A stretch of DNA of 64,000 nucleotides. Source: Octopus vulgaris (Eukaryota). The DNA lies in contig OX597822.1 of assembly GCA_951406725.2 (NCBI GenBank), forward strand, positions 31,124,001 through 31,188,000, in the 5' to 3' direction. The notes under the pieces were generated by a model. It did not search any database, was not told the DNA's origin, and was given only the letters and a program-made list of their open reading frames with translations. This document shows positions 1 to 14,725 of this stretch, piece after piece (position 1 is the stretch's first letter; each line of letters opens with the position of its first letter). A program made the position numbers and the translations under genes.

Positions 1-75
1 AAAGATATACCTCTAACTGAACTGAAATTTCTGTGCGTTAACAAACATGTCTGTGTATCTACATACATAGATACA

Positions 76-147
<72 letters not shown>

Positions 148-148
148 C

Positions 149-202
<54 letters not shown>

Positions 203-505
203 GATGCATGAAAATATATCAGTATAAAGTAGTCAGATGAAAGCATAAGAAAAAAGCAATTTTTATATCGCACGATTTGCAATGTGCTGTAATTTTGCAA
301 TGAAACTTCGACGAAAATAACCAGAATGAGACAATATCAGACGGTATAAAAAATGACATAACTTCCCATAAAAATAAAACAATAAAAAAGTATCATAAGT
401 TTATGAAAAATGTCGCTTATTTAAAGAAATCTATCTATCTATCTATATCTCTATATATATATATGTATATATACAGAGAGAGAGAGAGAGAGCGCGAGAG
501 AGATA

Positions 506-934
506 GGCGCAGGAGTGGCTGTGTGGTAAGTTTCTTGCTTACCAATCGCATGGTCCCAGGGTCAGTCCCACTGTATGTCAACTTGGTCGAGTGTCTTCGA
601 TTATATCCTCGGGCCGACCAAAGCTTTGTGAGTGGATTTGGTAGACGGAAACTGAAAGAAGCCCGTCATGTATGTATATATATATATATATATGTCTATG
701 TGTTTATATTTATTTATGTGTCTGTGTTTGTCCCCCTCCCTAACATTGCTTGACAACCGATGCTGGTGTGTTTACGTCCCCGTAACTTAGCTTTCGGCAA
801 AAGAGACCGATACAATAAGTACTAGGCTTACAAAGAATAAGCTCTGGCGTCGATTCGCTCCACTAAAGGCGGTGCTCCAGCATGGCCACAGTCAAATGCC
901 TGAAACAAGTAAAAGAGTAAAAATGTAAAAGAGT
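506..934 (+). mobile_element. tRNA-derived SINE, family A (internal (TA)n/(TG)n tract)
   Basis: Head GGCGCAGGAGTGGCTGTGTGGTAAG with A/B-box-like motifs; tail GGTGCTCCAGCATGGCC...GAAACAAGTAAAAGAGTA; further copies at 11270, 31378, 40255, 51996. Confidence 0.9.
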
Positions 935-939
935 ATGTT

Positions 940-1014
<75 letters not shown>

Positions 1015-1504
1015 ATGTATGTGTGAGAGTGCGCGATAGAAAGATAAAGAATGATTGTTTGTGTGTATGTATGTGTGTGTATTGAATCTTTCTGTGATTC
1101 AGAGTATTTTTATGAAACAAGAAATTCTAATATTCCATCTATACATAATTTCACCTTTCAATTTTTAAAAAATTTATGTCAAGCACATATTTGAAAACTG
1201 GACGTTTATTTGATGGGCACTTGTCGGATAGACTTTTCCGCCAACGAACATTTTATAGACAAACGTTTCAGTGAAAGGATAAATTCTCGGATTGGCTTAT
1301 AGTGGAACAAATTTTATCCGACTGGATATAGAGGCTTATAAATATGTTTCTGAACATAGAGCCCATTCAATTTTGATAATTTTTATATCCTCTTTGCGAC
1401 TGACTTATAAAAATATAAACATCATAAATTGTAATACCATTGCATGAGAACATAATTGTAAACGTACTAATGTGTAAACGATTTTGATTACTGCGTTTCG
1501 TAGT

Positions 1505-2068
1505 ATTCTTTTCTACTCTAGACACAAGGCGTAACATTATTTGGGATGGGGTTAGTCGATTAGATTACATAATTTATCGACCCTGAAAGGATGAAAGGCA
1601 AAGTCGACCTCGGCGGAATTTGAGCTCAGAACATTAAGACAGACGAAATACCTATTTCTTTACTACCCACAAGGGGCTAAACACAGGGAGGACAAACAAG
1701 GACAGACAAACGGATTAAGTCGATTATATCGACCCCAGTGTGTAACTGGTACTTATTCAATCGACCTGGAAAGGATGAAAAACAAAGTCGACCTCGGCGG
1801 AATTTGAACTCAGAAGGTAACGGCAGACGAAATACCTATTTCTTTACTACCCACAAGGGGCTAAACAAAGAGAGGACAAACAAGGAGAGACAAACGGATT
1901 AAGTCGATTATATCGACCCAGTTCGTAACTGGTACTTATTTAATCGATCCCGAAATGATGAAAGCAAAGACAACCTCGGTGGGATTGGAGCTCAGAACAC
2001 AAAGATAGACGAAATACCGCTAACCATTTTGCCCAGCGAGCTAACGTTTCTGCTAGCTCACCGCCTTT
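1505..2068 (-). mobile_element. tRNA-derived SINE, family B (MetaSINE-like core), internally triplicated
   Basis: Minus strand reads GGCGGTGAGCTAGCAGAAACGTTAGC...GCCTTTCATCCTTTC-GGGTCGATAAAT; a ~184-bp unit is repeated. Confidence 0.9.
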
Positions 2069-3597
2069 GTGATCTGCAGTAATGTAAAAGGGGGTGAGTT
2101 ACACGATGTACAGAAATATATTTGCCTTATCATGTGTAAATGAAACTGACTTACTTTGCAAGAAATAAACGTGATTTGCTAGAAAATACATTAGTTTCTG
2201 TTTCTCGCTATCCTTTTCTGTGCTTTCATTGATAATTTAATCGAGAAGGCACTTACTAAAGATCGCGATAATATATTTCGAAAGTAACTATATTTTTTAT
2301 TATATTGCTATATTTCTCATAATATTCAGACTCGTCATTTTTAAACCTCATACAAAAAAGCCACACTCAAATCCTATTTTCAATGAGACAACAATTTTTG
2401 AAGAATGGTTGCACACATTCATAAATGGAAAAAAGTTGTTGACGCTGATGGCTTTGCAAGGGATATTTTTTAATTTGGGATCAGGAGTATACTCGCCTTC
2501 AGTAAGATTTTACATGATCTATTGTAAGTGATAGACTTTCGCTAGAATGGTGAGATGCGTTATGTTGATGCTGCTGGACGAATGAATACGTTGCAAGAAT
2601 ACACGCCGTAATTCTTTCGGAGTTTTTCTCGCCATTGTTCCAGGGATGTATTCAAGAGATTTATTTTTATTCGCCTACACAACTCTTTGAAATTACCCTT
2701 ATTCCCGAATTTCAATCAGGTTTTTGCTCACAACAATGACACTGTATTTTCGGCTCATCATTTACAAAATGTATATTAAGCTAGTTATGTAGATTCTGTC
2801 ATTCCTTCATTAACAAAACTAAGGGTTTGATTCGTGAATCACGATGTGTTATTGACAATTCTTTGTTTGTTTGTAGTTCCAACGAATTTATTAATACAAC
2901 CAATTTCTTTTCTTCTGTATGCGAGAGAACGTGTTGCAAGAAAGGGAAATTTAAAACCCTTTTCTCTACATCCCAACTCTTTGCTCTATACTTCACAACA
3001 TTTTGTCAATCTTTTCAAAGATAGCTATAACTACATTCAGGAACATTATCGCGAGACTAGATATTCAATCATAAACGGGCAAAGAACTTGTACGTTGATA
3101 ACTTTGACATTCGTGCAATTAATGCCACATTTCATACATAAATACATACATACATACATACACACTCACATATATGTATATTTTCACATATATATATATA
3201 TATATATATGAAAGAAGAAAAAGGAAAATGGACGGAAATGAATTTCCTATACAAAACAATAAGTGCTCAGTAAATAGAGCTGAGAGAATATAGAGTAATG
3301 TAGTTTTCAATGAAAAGGCAACTTTTGATATATTGACAACCAGAAAACAAATCATTTTCCTAAATATCTTTTTCGAAGGACAATTCTTCACCTAAAATAT
3401 TTAATATATAAATACAAGAAGATATATACAAAAACAATATGAATATATAGATATAAAATATATATCCGTAGTATATTTAACCCACATTTTATAATTTATT
3501 TTAGTTATCTGAACAAATTTTTTATCGAACCATAGGATATCTGGTCCAAGTAGGAATTTTTTAAAAATCTTTTAAATAATTTTTAAAACTTTTCAAA

Positions 3598-3685
3598 TAA
3601 TCCCTGATGAAGGAAATATATATATTCGAGATGGGTAGAAGTAGTTCACCCATTCGGAAATACCTTTCCCGAAACAACCGTGGTA
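3598..3685 (+). ncRNA. Degenerate type I hammerhead motif with long stem II
   Basis: CTGATGA(3604-3610)-A-GGAAA...TTTCC-C-GAAAC(3671-3675)-AACC-GT; cleavage triplet and stem I decayed. Confidence 0.55.
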
Positions 3686-4285
3686 TATGTATGCATTTGA
3701 TCTCTGGACATGGACATCCCCTTGCTTTTTTAGGTACTCATACTTCATTTTAATATATTCGACTTAGACTTCTACAACCAGAATATGTCATCTTCCTGAC
3801 CACCATGTTAGTCCGTAACAACTTTATATCCCTTATCCTTATATTCTTTTACATTTTTATATTCTTATATCCTTTATATTTCTGATAATTTTGTATATTT
3901 TTTTACATCTTTATATTCATTTATACTTTTTTATATTTCTTTATATTTTTATACTTTATATTTCTATATTTATATTCTTTTATTTTTTACATTTTTATAT
4001 TTTTTTATCTTTCGTCCTTAATTCTCGCCCCTCTATCCTTATCCCGATTTACTCTTATTACCAGGTTCCTTCACGCATGTGTGTATTTATATATTTATAT
4101 ATTTATTTATTCATTTATTTATATGACCTCAACATCCAGGCTTCCTCATTCTACATTGAAAGAAGGACGGGTTGGACGCTTCATTTTTGTGCTGGTACCG
4201 CATTATGTCCTACGCGACTGAGAGGATTTGCATCCCCAACGTAGAATTTTTGATGTAACACATGTCCTTGAGGTAGTAATTGTGC

Positions 4286-4362
4286 GCGGCTGAAGAAGGC
4301 CATAGACACACATTATGCATTGTTATAAATCCGTCTAATAAAGGCCCGAAACATATGTACCA
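4286..4362 (+). ncRNA. Minimal type I hammerhead motif
   Basis: GG-CTGAAGA(4290-4296)-A-GGCC...GGCC-C-GAAAC-ATAT-GTA-CC; palindromic stem III ACATATGT. Confidence 0.7.
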
Positions 4363-4536
4363 CTGAATCCTTGGCATCATGTTTTTATTTTGATTAATTT
4401 ACTCCACCACCTACACCACCAAACGGTATATACAGGTGCTTACAATTATCAAGTACTCACCCTGAATTTTTATATATACATATATATATAAATATAGATG
4501 TGTGTATGTGCTTATATATATATGTACATATATACG

Positions 4537-4591
<55 letters not shown>

Positions 4592-5218
4592 TATCATAAT
4601 AAGAACTCTTAAGTGGTGAAGGTGTACGGAGGTGGTTGAATCTCTAGCATGAACATGGCTTGTGTAGAAACTATGAATGACTTGATAATTGATCAATAAA
4701 GTTTATAAAATCAATGCATGAAACACATACCCCAGTCCCCTATTGTAGCTGATTTGATACGTATGATTAACGGTAAAATATTTAGCGATCTGCTTCGCAG
4801 TGAGATTAATAGGACGCGTACACAATACCGGACCATGTACAACCACCCAAGACACGTTAGTCAAATCGGAGATGTAATGGACAACCCGTATGTCAATTAA
4901 TGGTCACTCGCATTAAAGTCTACAACACGGGTGCGACTGTGGTCCAGTTTTACTTTACGATAACCTTGTGAAAGAAAACAGCATTAATATCACTACCTTC
5001 AACTTAGGTAGTTCTATCAACATTGCAGGTGTTAAGACTGGGTGTGGCGAGTGTGGTGACTTATTTCAAATATGTTTGCTGGTCACTGTCATTATTTGTA
5101 CAGATAATAATTACTTATGTGAATTTACATTTTGTACCTGCTCACTACAGTTCGTTTTGGAATTCGCGTGGCCTTTGGTTGAACAACGAGCATGGAAAGG
5201 TTAATGTGTTTTTTAAAA

Positions 5219-5731
5219 TCTATATATATAAAACTGTAGTTGTGTGAGTGTCTGTCCCCTTCGATTTAGATTCCTAACTACTCCCACATTTTGCGGTGCA
5301 GTTTAACCAAATTCGGGTATCTTATAGTCGTGATTCATATCGAGCCCGTCTGAGTATTAGCGCACGTCTACGATGAGTCTACGATTTTAAAAATAATTTA
5401 ACATCATTTTTTATTCCATTTTAATGCATAATTTTTCGTGTGTCGATGGCGGCTGAGTTGGCGTCTATGGTCACACCTGCACCTGTTTGCTTCTCCCCCT
5501 TCTTCCCTTCCTCGTGAAGCTGTGGGGAAGGGAGTGTAAGGAAATCAACGTCGTAAAGCGTTGTCAAGGAGACCAGCGTTCTTTTAGAACAACGACTTCA
5601 TGGTTTGAAGACACCAACACAGAAATGGCTAAGAAAGCCCGAATTGGCATCTATAAGGGAAGTAACTCTCTAAAAATGCTTATATAGTTATTTCCCTTAC
5701 AAACACGAGCAACGCCGGGCGATACTCCTAG
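5219..5731 (+). mobile_element. Non-autonomous Helitron
   Basis: 5' TCTATATATATAAAA, 3' GC-rich hairpin-like CGAGCAACGCCGGG then CTAG; inserted between A5218 and T5732 without TSD. Confidence 0.85.
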
Positions 5732-5979
5732 TAGTTTATATAGTGAGTCTAACGGACGATCTTTGGGTGTTGCTTCGATAAGGAAAGCGGAATCAATTGA
5801 TATTAGGATGACTATGTTGTTATTTGTATTATACTAAATGTATCTTACAAGTACGAGGACTATTTCAGAGATAGGTTTGCTATATTTCAAATGGGTGTTT
5901 AATTATAGTGAGCGATGTGTGGTTTTGGACGGTGTACATTTCTCTTTCAAGCAAACAGGTACATATGTTATCCTGAGTT

Positions 5980-6441
<462 letters not shown>

Positions 6442-6444
6442 ATA

Positions 6445-6770
6445 TAATTATATTAAAGTGTGTGGATAAAACCCACCAGCACGCTAGAAATAGATGCTAA
6501 ATTGCTCTAAACAACACCTCTACAGTCCGTTAGCACAGGTTGTGAGCCGAAGAATAAGATTTTTTAAAAACAAATGGTTTATATCTTTCGATTTCTGGCT
6601 TAGGGTTGTAAAACACTTTGCTGTCATTAGCATAATATCCCATAGGATATAAATGCAAATCTCTATACACACCCGAGCATTTTGAGGAACCTGAATCCTG
6701 TTTTGTTTTCTTATGCCTTTAGGTTCTAGACTATATTTTCTCACCACCTCTTTTGAACATCGCAATTAAA
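6445..6770 (-). mobile_element. Decayed PLE GIY-YIG C-terminus and 3' tail running into (TA)n
   Basis: GIRKQNRIQVPQNARVCIEIC...KSKDINHLFLKNLILRL resembles the PLE endonuclease end (HxQQI...E.YFI..F.P.LN), by eye. Confidence 0.45.
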
Positions 6771-8370
6771 GCACTTTATTGCTCGTCTTATATCTTACTA
6801 AGAATAACCTCATGGCGAATGATGCCTATTGAATTAAAAAAAAGCAAATCTAAGTCAATGATAATTTAAATACCCTACTGATTAGAAATTTATTTCGAAT
6901 CTTCGCCCTTATAACGAGGAGACTTTCTATTCGTTTGGAAATGTTTATGTCAATACACAAACGTTTAGACATCTACTTTCTTCTTCTTCTTCTGTATCCT
7001 TTAGTAGATGCGGCACAGATTTATATGTATCACGATACTTTTTTTTATTTTTCTGTTAAAGTCGTGTGACAAACCTAAATATTCTGAGTGTCTATGATTT
7101 AATTCCCTTATCGAGTGTCTATTCCCATATAAGGAACAATCCATCTTTAAATTTACATTTAAAATCAGGTTTAATGTTGCATTCAGGGAGACAATAGACA
7201 CATTACCAAAAGGGTTCTTTTCGGCTATTGGGGAATGCTGTTTCGATGTTCGATTACATATATATCGTCTCTACACCATATTATAGTTCGGAGACTGAAC
7301 CGAAAAACTCATAACATATGTTATGAAAACTATAATGCTCATAAAGTATGAACCAAAAAAACCCATAATATATGTTTGTCAGAACATTAGCAGAGATCTG
7401 TAAAAGGATTTCATAGTTTCAAATTCAATTTAAGAAAATAGAACATTCCTTTCCAAAAACGTGTATCTTTTAATTTATGTCAAGTGTTGAAGGAAACTAA
7501 GCATGCGATTGTTTTTGGCAAGGGTATACCCTTGAGATTAAGTGACATTATGGGTCCTTGTTGTTATTAGACCGAAGCATTAGGTACGTCACACTCAGAG
7601 CTGCATACACTACCACAGTTTGGCACAATGTTGCTAAATTCATTTTTGTTTCAGACAAGTCACATATATACATGTGTACAAACACAAATGTACGCATAGG
7701 TATATATCTACAAGCATACATATATCTCTCTATATATGACCGTCTGTGTGTATTTTGTTTGCGTTCATGTGGGTGTGTGTGAAAGTGTAAATGTATAAAT
7801 TGTATAACTTGAACAAACTGAAGAAACAATCACTCGAACAAAAAAAAATTATCAAGTAAAAGTTTGAAGGAAAAAATTATTGTAAACAAACGGGAAATTA
7901 TATTTTACTTTGGGCTTGGAAGGTGGTAAAATAAAAACAAAAATTAATATAAACCACTGGAAGAGAAATGTCAAGTGCTTCACATACGAAGTAAAAGCAG
8001 TAAAATACTTGAAAATATAGAATATATAAAAATAAATTTTAACTATAGCAGTAATGGTTTCTCCACGTTTTGAGAGAAGCAAAAGACCAAAACAAACAAA
8101 AACGATATAATACAGAAATAAAGATTTTTATAAAAACTTGTTTTTACATATCGCACGAATTTCAATGTTTTAACTCTAGTTATAACATTTAAAGGAAAAT
8201 CGAACATTATCAAAGTAGTTTTAGAAAAAGACCTATAACAGGGTGAAAAATGCTACATATTACTCAACTGTTATTTAAACAAAATATATTTTATAACGAA
8301 TAAGTTTTTAATGCTTTTCCTGCATCCAACAGTCAATATCTGATCGTTGATTGTACGAAAATATCCACAG

Positions 8371-8444
<74 letters not shown>

Positions 8445-8605
8445 ACACATAAACACATACACCCACACATATATACAGAGAGAGGGAGAGAACAAGAAAG
8501 AGACACAGACACCTAGATTGATATAAGTATACATATATGTATATGTAGATGTATATGTACTATGTGTATACATATACATCCATGTGTATACATATACATC
8601 CATAT

Positions 8606-8638
<33 letters not shown>

Positions 8639-8902
8639 CATATATATATAAAGATTCCTTGAACTTTCGCATGTGTATTTACGATAGGAATTTTGTTAGG
8701 AACTTTCAAAAGTTTAAAACAAAAGGAAGAAAAACTGCGATTCGGTTATACATGACTTACTGTAAGTTAAACACGTTGAAGAAATTAGTTCAAGTTTTCT
8801 GTAATTAAACTTTCTGACAACAAAAAATATAATACACGCATAAAACCAATTGGTATATGTACGTGCATATAGATATGTGTATTTGAGTATATATTAATAT
8901 GC

Positions 8903-9003
<101 letters not shown>

Positions 9004-9185
9004 TGTGTGCGTATGTCTGTATGTGTACACACCGAAAACTCAAGAACTACCCAACCAATTTCAATCAAGCTCTACTTATGGTCCATGCAGTGTCATGCGC
9101 CAAAAAGTTCAGCTCCTTACCTAATGCGAGCCTAAGGTAAGATACTTTCAGTTTTAATAGTGAAAGCTATTAATACTTTAGATAT

Positions 9186-9250
<65 letters not shown>

Positions 9251-9292
9251 CTTTCAATTCCATTAATTCCACTGTATATCTATATACATTTG

Positions 9293-9355
<63 letters not shown>

Positions 9356-9960
9356 GTAGATATATAGCAATAAGAAAATAGAGGGGATCAAATAAGTGGT
9401 CCATCAACTTTTAGACATCATATTATGTTAACGTATTCATTTATTTACTAAACTGTTGATTACAATAATATATATACGTATAACATACGAGAGATTTACT
9501 TCCTCCAAAACTTAATCTTTTTGAATTGATTAATTTATTGTAAGTAATGGCGTAAATTTGAAATAAATGGGAAACTGTGAGAGTTATCAACCGTTAGTGT
9601 AATCTTGTACATATTTCTACACGCACACGTACACACAGTGTTGAACGGAATATGAAATACAAATTAGAAGTTGAAATAAACTGAAGTAAATTTCCTATAA
9701 TTTCTCCACCAGTCTGATATTAATAATTTCTGCATAAGAAAAAATGCAGCAAAAAGACATAGAATAAAAGATAAATAAAAGAAAAGAAAACGTTTGATGC
9801 TAGTTATATCTTTCTACTAATTTTCAAAACAAGCATTGTTATTGCGTCACTGACCTGTTTACGCACGGATGATTAGTTATATTAAGACATTATTGTAGAT
9901 ATTAATTAGTATAGAGCAATAACAGAAAATTTAAATATATGTGTTGTTTTACTTGGTGAT

Positions 9961-10670
9961 GGTATTATTATTTATACTCTTGTTGGGCGGCGAAGTAGCA
10001 GAATCGTTAGCGCACCGGGCAAAATGCTTACCGTTATTTCGTCTGCCGCTACGTTCTGAGTTCAAATTCCGCCGAGGTCGACTTTGCCTTTCATCCTTTC
10101 GGGGTCGATAAATTAAGTACCAGTTACGCACTGGGGTCGATATAATCGACTTAATACCTATGTCTGTCCTTGTTTGTCCCCTCTATGTTTAGCCCCTTGT
10201 GGGTAATAAAGAAACAGGTATTATTATTTATACTCTTGTTGGGCGGCGAAGTAGCAGAATCGTTAGCGCGACGGGCAAAATGCTTACCGTTATTTCGTCT
10301 GCCGCTACGTTCTGAGTTCAAATTTCGCCGAGGTCGACTTTGCCTTTCATCCTTTCGGGGTCGATAAATTACGTACCAGTTACGCACTGGGGTCGATATA
10401 ATCGACTTAATCCCTTTGTCTGTCCTTGTTTGTCCCCTCTATGTTTAGCCCCTCGTGGGCAATAAAGAAATAAAGAATTGTTAGTGCGATGGATGAAATG
10501 CTGTGCGGCACTTCGACCGTCACTACGTTTTGAGTTCAAATTCCGCCGAGGACAACTTTGCTTATCAACTTTCGGGGTTGACAAAAAACAACCAGCTGAA
10601 CACTGGAGTCGATGCAACCGACTTATCCCCTTCCCTAAAATTGCTGGCCTTGTTGCAGAATTTGAAAACA
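9961..10670 (+). mobile_element. Family B SINE cluster (256-bp tandem duplication plus older third copy)
   Basis: GGTATTATTATTTATACTCTTGTTGGGCGGCGAAGTAGC at both 9961 and 10217; third diverged copy from ~10475. Confidence 0.9.
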
Positions 10671-11193
10671 TTATATATCCTTTTGTTCTGATTCGTTCAT
10701 TTTGACATTCCGTTAAACCTTTCCTTATCTGCGCATGCATTTGCGTCTGATATCTGTGTGTCTGGGTGTGCACGTGTGTGTGCGTGACTATATGTTTATT
10801 AAGTGTGTTTGTGTACGTGTAATATATAGACGAAATATTTCTGTGTTTTCGTAAATGATAAATATGTTGTTTGGCGGTAATTATTGTCTCGTCAATACAT
10901 GAACACAAATAAAGGTATCTACGAAACAACTACAGACACTGAACATTATATTATTTCATTATAATCGTAACGTGTACCTTTATTGAACTTCGATGGTTGA
11001 GACGCATATTGATTAATCGGAACATGTTTAATACATAGTAATTTAAATAAAAGAAAATCTAATGTTTCGCAAATACTTTAAATCGATTTTTGTGAAGTTT
11101 TCCTTTTTTGAAAATTTTCCACACTTTTACAGTTTGTCTTGTTTATTACATATATTTGCCCACATATATGCAATAAATTAAACTGTGCGTATA

Positions 11194-11226
<33 letters not shown>

Positions 11227-11269
11227 ATACAGGCACACTCACAAACACGCATACACACACACAGATGTA

Positions 11270-11408
11270 TGCCTGGTTGTGCGTTGCGGAGTTGACTTCA
11301 CAACACATGATTTCGGGTTCAGTCCCATCGCGTGGCACCTCACTTTGGGCAAGTAATTTCTACCATAGCCCCGGGTTGATATAGACTAGCGAACTGAAAG
11401 AAGCGCGT

Positions 11409-11443
<35 letters not shown>

Positions 11444-11640
11444 GCATACTTATGTGTGGGCCTTTCTGTCACTTTTTCTCCCCATTCACGCTTGACAACT
11501 TGTGTTGGTGACCTTTGTCCCGTAACATAGCGTTTCGGCAAAAGAAACTGACAGAATAAGTACCAGGGGTTAATTCTTTCGAATGAAATTCTTAAAGACC
11601 GTGCTCCTGCATGGCCGCAGTCTAATGATTGAAAGAGGGA
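11270..11640 (+). mobile_element. Family A SINE, diverged
   Basis: GGGTTCAGTCCCATCGCGTGGCACC...GTGCTCCTGCATGGCCGCAGTC. Confidence 0.85.
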
Positions 11641-12315
11641 GAATATAATAAATACCCTTAAAAATATGTTATTAATAAAAATATCCCGAGGTTAATCTTA
11701 TATCACTAGAAATATTTTTCGCTAAACGATGTTGTTCCACAAATTGACTATAAGCCTCTGGCTATGTTTTGTACGTTAAATTGAATTTCTCATATGAAAT
11801 ATAAAATCATAAGATATTTGCAATTTATTTTTAATGAATACGTATTTTCTTTATGCACCAAATGTATGTTCAATTTTATAAATTGTACATATGAAATACA
11901 TTTTTCATATTTTTCTTTAATGATATTTTTTATAATTATAATTTAATTCGAGTTGAATCATAAGTTCAGTGGATATTACATACATGGTATGATTTTCATA
12001 ATTTTGTGAAAATGTCAATGCTTTTGAGGTCAGGATCAAGACAAATATATCGGCTCCAGTGACAATGTCAGCTCAGCCTATAATTGATATACTATAATAC
12101 TATTAACCACTTTTAGTGTTACCCTCCTCAGGCCCCATACATCCCTAATGATATGTAGATTGCAATGTGTCGAAAAGAAGATTTTGCAAATAAACATGAT
12201 ATTTTTTGGCAGGGTGTTGTTCTTTTAGGTTGATTCTTTTCTGTTTTAGCCAGGCAGCAGTGAGACAGTGGTTCTTTCCTTAACTATTTTCATACCATTT
12301 CATTCACGACATTGA

Positions 12316-12403
<88 letters not shown>

Positions 12404-12485
12404 GTTTATGTATGTATATATGTATATGTATGTATATACATATTTATATATTTAGATATATATATATATCTAAATATATATTTAG

Positions 12486-12528
<43 letters not shown>

Positions 12529-13389
12529 CAGAGAGAGAAATGTGCATGTATGAATATATGTGTGTAGTGGATTCCAGAGTAAAGCCCTTGAGCTGAAAAA
12601 AGTTAATATATGATTCTCTCCTCGATATATTTCTCGTTAAATAAAAACAAGTTGTTCCTGTATTTCCAAGTATGTATAGAGCAATGTGAAAGGCTAAATT
12701 TCACCACTTAAGAAGTATAAAGTCGTCTACCACAGCAGCACAAGAGTTGATATATCTGAGATCAAGCTGATCTTATCGATTTAAGAATGAAACATCATAA
12801 ATTAAAAGAAAAGGAAAGAGACGAAAATACTAAGATGAAGTCATTTCCAGACACAATTCGTTCTCAGCGGCAGACAATATGTAGCAATATAATATTTGGT
12901 GATTCATATGGTAGTACAATACGCATAATAAAATACTAGAGGCCAATTATATGAGTACAATTGTTAGTCTTATTCTAAAACAAAGTTTAAATATTAGCAT
13001 TTCCCGAATAGATATCAAATGACATTATTAACCAACATTTAACATTTTAGTAAATCAATATAGCTAGTAGAAACGTTTCGTTGGTAATCGATATAGCTGT
13101 TATATTTTTTTTTGTTCAAATTGAATTAAGAAATTTGTTTCCAGTATTGTCCTATCATTGTAATATAGGTCTTCGAAAGTCACGTGCCGCAATTTAATGA
13201 TACATGCTGACTAATTACAGGTATTTCTGAATTGAATGTAAAACGTTTTAAATAAGAAATATCGGCATTTTACAATGAGTATGTATCATAAAAACTGCAA
13301 TTCTAGTAAAAATTCTCTGTTGCTCATTTAAATCAATAGAGTCATGAAAGCTATTTTATAAGAGTATAAAGAAATATATGAATTTTTAT

Positions 13390-13483
13390 CCGTGGTTTTA
13401 GTGTAGTCACATTGCTCGGCCCCTTGGGCAAGTGTTTTGTATTATAGCCCCAGGTCGATCAAAACCTTGTAAGTGGATTTGGT
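13390..13483 (+). mobile_element. Family A SINE fragment
   Basis: CCTTGGGCAAGTGTTTT...CCTTGTAAGTGGATTTGG. Confidence 0.7.
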
Positions 13484-13659
13484 TCACGAAGACAATATAT
13501 GAGGTTGAGTAGAATGTAAGCAACGTTTTGAACCATGATGAATTTGTATCGGATTTATGCCGAGGTTGGGATTTTTTAAACAATTTTTGCTATTGTCTGA
13601 TATAGACTTGCCCAAATGCATCAATAAAATCAACATTGATATTTTTTCCACCGTTGTTA

Positions 13660-14235
13660 CAATCATGTGAAATAGAACTGTCAAAGTGCGATATTCAAGC
13701 AATTTTGCTATTCAACTTCAAAAGAGTACGTAAATCAGCTGAAACTGCTCGCGATATCAACGAAATGATTAGAAATGACCAGTGAGTGGTCAGCTCCAAA
13801 ATAGTTTAAATGATTTCACAGTGGAGACCTTAGCCTTGCATCGATGACGGTCAATTAAAGACCGTTATTTAGAAAGACCCGCGTAAAACCACTTTAGCAC
13901 TGGAAAAAGTACCCCAAGTTAGCCCGAAAATTGCCTGCAACCATTTGCATGCGATCGGAAAGTAAAGACAAAACGACACATGGACACCACACGAATTGAA
14001 TGTAAGTCACAAAATGCGCAGGTATGAAATTTGATCGTCACTTCTTCACTGTAACTAGACCGATCCATTTCTCGAGCCTTTTGTGAATTGCGATGAAATG
14101 TGGATTTTGTACAATAATAAAAATCGTTCTTCGCACTGATTGGACCAAAATGAAGCACTGAAAACCTTCCCTATACCCAAGCTCTTTAAAAAGAAAGTTA
14201 TCGTGACTGTTTGGTGGTGTACTGCTGGACTTTCT
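13660..14235 (+). mobile_element. Decayed mariner transposase, N-terminal half
   Basis: ELSKCDIQAILLFNFKRVRKSAETARDINE; CDEMWILYNN; KKVIVTVWWCTAG, with frameshifts. Confidence 0.85.
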
Positions 14236-14244
14236 CTGATTATC

Positions 14245-14725
14245 CGTGACATCCTTCCATCTATTTACAAGCTTTTTAATCCAATCCCATCAATGTAAAA
14301 GTCTTTTAGTTTCAAAGTGAAGAACTCTGAAATCTCAGTTTCGACTTCCTCCTGGCTTGCGAAAGTTATGTCCACCAAACGATTCTATAAACTACGAAAC
14401 AAATTGTCTGAAGGAGCAAGGTCGGGAGAATAAGGTGGATGAGGATTTTTTTCCCAACCAAGCTCTTCGATCTTCTGTTATGAGATCATTGCAGTGTGGA
14501 TTCACGCATTGCCTGGTGAATCATCACTCCATTTCGATTCACTAAAGCGGGTCTTGTCTTCTTCAAAGTTTGGTTCAAATGCTCTAATTGCTGACAGTAG
14601 ACTTGAGCATTCATTGTTGCATTAGGTGGTAACAATTCAAAGTGAATTTCACCTTTGTAATCCTACCAGATAGGAAGAAGAAACTTTTTCCCATGAAGTT
14701 CCCTTCTCGGTTGTGTTTGAGCCTT
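14245..14725 (-). mobile_element. Decayed mariner transposase, C-terminal half (second family)
   Basis: ELHGK..IW*DYKGEIHFELLPPNATMNAQVYCQQL; PHPPYSPDLAPSD; KLVNRWKDV. Confidence 0.9.

Larger units (their letters stand above)
3210..4470 (+). mobile_element. Penelope-like element 3' remnant with two hammerhead motifs, between (TA)n tracts
   Basis: HHR cores at 3604 and 4290, T-rich tract between them, (TA)n on both sides; layout parallels 61880-63500. Confidence 0.55.

Noticed and set aside
1505-2068. CRISPR-like repeat-spacer array
   Set aside because: Units are ~184-bp SINE segments without unique spacers, in eukaryotic DNA.
13660-14725. One mariner with an internal inversion
   Set aside because: Both halves contain the KK..WW segment in different versions, so they are two elements lying tail-to-tail.
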